In this document: one piece after another, positions 36,001 through 38,002 of the stretch
How the letters are laid out: the number at the start of each line of letters is the position of its first letter
Position numbering within the stretch: the stretch's first letter is position 1
DNA from: a virus
Lineage: Duplodnaviria; Caudoviricetes
IMG/VR virus record: IMGVR_UViG_3300046804_001154
Span: 1 to 38,002 of that record
DNA length: 38,002 nt
Direction: 5' to 3' (one strand)
The notes under the pieces: generated by a model
What the model was told of the DNA's origin: nothing
Seen by the model: only the letters and a program-made list of their open reading frames with translations
Database searches by the model: none
Made by a program: the position numbers and the translations under genes

Positions 36001-38002
36001 TTACACTTCTATTAAAATCCCGTTCACTTCCAGATCACCGTTAATTTCGATCGGAAGCACGAATAATGCTTGTGTGTTGGCTCTCACATAATAGGTCTCG
36101 CCCGCATTTATCAAATATGGCATATTTGATACTACGTAATCGCTGCCACCGCCACCTGTTCCCACTGCTGTGCCGTTCGCAAAGAAAAACGCACCAGCAT
36201 AAATGTTACCCGATACACCCACACCACCAGTTACTGTCAGGGCACCTGTTCCAGTGCTGGAACTGATAGTATTGCCATAAATTGCGGCATTACCATTTAT
36301 TACCACATTGCTAGTAAATGATGGCGCATCCTTGGGCGCATACGTTACTGAAACTGAATTACTTAACGCACTGATCAGATTGCTCAGGGCATTGTCTGCG
36401 CTGATACGGTTGGCTGTTTCAACTGACAGTGCGTTGCTGACCACATTAACTGCTGAAATACGGTTGGCTGTTTCAACACTCAATGCTTGACTTACAACTG
36501 ATACTGCATTGCTGACAATATCAATTCTGGCACTCAGTGCGTTATCTGCACTAATACGGTTGGCAGTTCCAGAACTGACAATGTCATCAAGACGAACGCT
36601 TAATGCGCTATCAGCACTGATTCGGTTGGCCGTCTCAACTGACAGCGCCTGACTGACAATGCTGACTGCATTGCTGACAGTGTCAACTCTGACACTTAAT
36701 GCATTATCAGCACTGATTCGGTTTACTGTTTCTACGCTGACTGCGTTACTAACAGTGTCAATTGCAAGAACAATATTAGTGCCCGCAACTGTTAGAGTTC
36801 CACCTACACCAAAATTGTTAGCAGTATACCAGCCTAGATTGGCATGGAGATATCGCAAATACGTGACTGGGCCCTGACCCACATCAATACCACCACCGTC
36901 AATGGTAGCACTAGTGCTTGCATTATTTGCAATTAAAATATTCTTGTCGTTAATAGTAACAGTGGTACTATTGACAGTTTCCACGCTGCCGTTAACTGTC
37001 AAGTTACCTGACAACACAGTGTCACCGCTGACATTTAGTGTGCCAATATTGGTAGTACCAGTCAGCGTGGCGTTAGCTTTAGGTGCGTAGGTAACTGATA
37101 CTGAGTTACTTAATGCTGAAATTAGGTTGCTCAGTGCATTGTCTGCGCTAATGCGATTGGCTGTCTCAACCGATAATGCATTACTAACCACATTAACTGC
37201 GGAAATTCTATTGGCCGTTTCTACTGATAGCGCCTGACTGACAACCGATACTGCATTGCTGATGGTATTATCTGCGGCTATACGTGCCGCTGTTTCCACT
37301 GACAGTGCCTGGCTTACCACGCTGACTGCCTGGCTAACTGCATCAATACGAACACTCAGTGCGTTGTCTGCACTGGTCCTGTTGGCAATTTCTGCACTCA
37401 GTGCATTACTAATTAATGACAATCCCTGGCTGATACTGTCAACACGCACACTGACCAGACTGATCAAATTGCTCAGTGCATTATCAGCACTAACGCGGGC
37501 CGCAGTCTCAACTGATAATGCCTGGCTAATGATGCTAACTGCCTGACTGACCGCGTCAATGCGAACACTTAATGCGTTGTCTGCTGATGTTCGGTTTGCA
37601 GTTTCAACTGATAGTGCATTGCTGACCACATTGACTGCGCTAACTCTATTGGCTGTCTCCACTGACAGTGCTTGACTTACAACAGACACTGCGTTGCTGA
37701 CTGCATCAATACGAACACTCAGTGCGTTGTCTGCACTGGTTCTATTTGCTATTTCTGCACTCAGTGTGTTGCTTAGTGCATTAACGGCGCTGACGCGGTT
37801 GGCAGTTTCTAAACTCAGTGCTTGACTGACAACTGATATAGCGTTACTGATGGAATCCACAACTGTGGTTAGTGCGACGCCATTGGACCAATAGTAATTG
37901 GATGCCAGTATGTTACCTAAAACGTTAACGTTACCGTTGGATTGTGTAATCGAAAGTGGTACAGCAGTCGCACCTGCGGCATTCTGATAGAAGAAGCGCA
38001 GG
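36001..38002 (-). CDS. second repetitive coiled-coil fibre protein (5' end outside the window)
   Basis: Frame stays open from 37860 to the window end (LRFFYQNAAGATAVPLSITQSNGNVNVLGNILASNYYWSNG...); same repeats as the neighbour. Confidence 0.85.
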   Translation of the reverse strand, partial: LRFFYQNAAGATAVPLSITQSNGNVNVLGNILASNYYWSNGVALTTVVDSISNAISVVSQALSLETANRVSAVNALSNTLSAEIANRTSADNALSVRIDAVSNAVSVVSQALSVETANRVSAVNVVSNALSVETANRTSADNALSVRIDAVSQAVSIISQALSVETAARVSADNALSNLISLVSVRVDSISQGLSLISNALSAEIANRTSADNALSVRIDAVSQAVSVVSQALSVETAARIAADNTISNAVSVVSQALSVETANRISAVNVVSNALSVETANRISADNALSNLISALSNSVSVTYAPKANATLTGTTNIGTLNVSGDTVLSGNLTVNGSVETVNSTTVTINDKNILIANNASTSATIDGGGIDVGQGPVTYLRYLHANLGWYTANNFGVGGTLTVAGTNIVLAIDTVSNAVSVETVNRISADNALSVRVDTVSNAVSIVSQALSVETANRISADSALSVRLDDIVSSGTANRISADNALSARIDIVSNAVSVVSQALSVETANRISAVNVVSNALSVETANRISADNALSNLISALSNSVSVTYAPKDAPSFTSNVVINGNAAIYGNTISSSTGTGALTVTGGVGVSGNIYAGAFFFANGTAVGTGGGGSDYVVSNMPYLINAGETYYVRANTQALFVLPIEINGDLEVNGILIEV
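36350..37860 (-). repeat. degenerate in-frame tandem repeats, two blocks in the second fibre gene
   Basis: Same SADNALS / NAVSVVS / QALSVETANRI modules. Confidence 0.9.

Noticed and set aside
33398-37546. Plus-strand LTALSALTR-type repetitive ORFs
   Set aside because: Reverse-complement read-out of the fibre repeats
33590-37860. CRISPR array or DGR template/variable repeats
   Set aside because: Repeats are in-frame, degenerate at third codon positions and lack unique spacers. I saw no adenine-specific mismatch pattern, and no reverse transcriptase or cas gene is in the window
1-38002. Stop-codon reassignment as seen in some large phages
   Set aside because: Genes are full length in code 11 and end with TAA, TGA and TAG (TAG at 12978-12980 and 16127-16129)
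1-38002. tRNA or other structured RNA genes
   Set aside because: Intergenic gaps are short and I saw no cloverleaf or T-loop signature; a covariance-model scan was not possible

Overview
This 38 kb window comes from a large T4-like (myovirus, probably jumbo) phage genome. It uses the standard genetic code and most genes lie on the minus strand. From left to right it holds: (1) a small-molecule/glycan tailoring block (DUF2061-like membrane protein, APS-kinase/HxGH-nucleotidyltransferase fusion, SGNH hydrolase, 2OG-Fe(II) oxygenase, NodU/CmcH carbamoyltransferase, one intact and one split radical SAM enzyme) interleaved with the recombination genes uvsY, uvsX and gp32; (2) packaging/head genes (terminase large subunit, divergent HNH nuclease, probable internal head proteins, probable terminase small subunit, gp4-like nuclease); (3) tail tube-like genes, a 1073-aa sheath, dNMP kinase, neck/tail-completion gp13/gp14/gp15 and a Nudix hydrolase; (4) a GT8-like glycosyltransferase, a 2OG oxygenase and a Maf/MptE-like + double methyltransferase fusion directly downstream of two very repetitive Ser-rich coiled-coil fibre genes. 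T4-type late promoter motifs (ATAAATA) precede most structural genes, and several sit inside hairpins, two of which cover the ribosome-binding site. The most interesting candidates are a possible virion-fibre glycosylation/tailoring module, a possible miniature PAPS-synthase-like fusion, and promoter-in-hairpin translational switches. All product calls come from motif recognition; no database searches were run.
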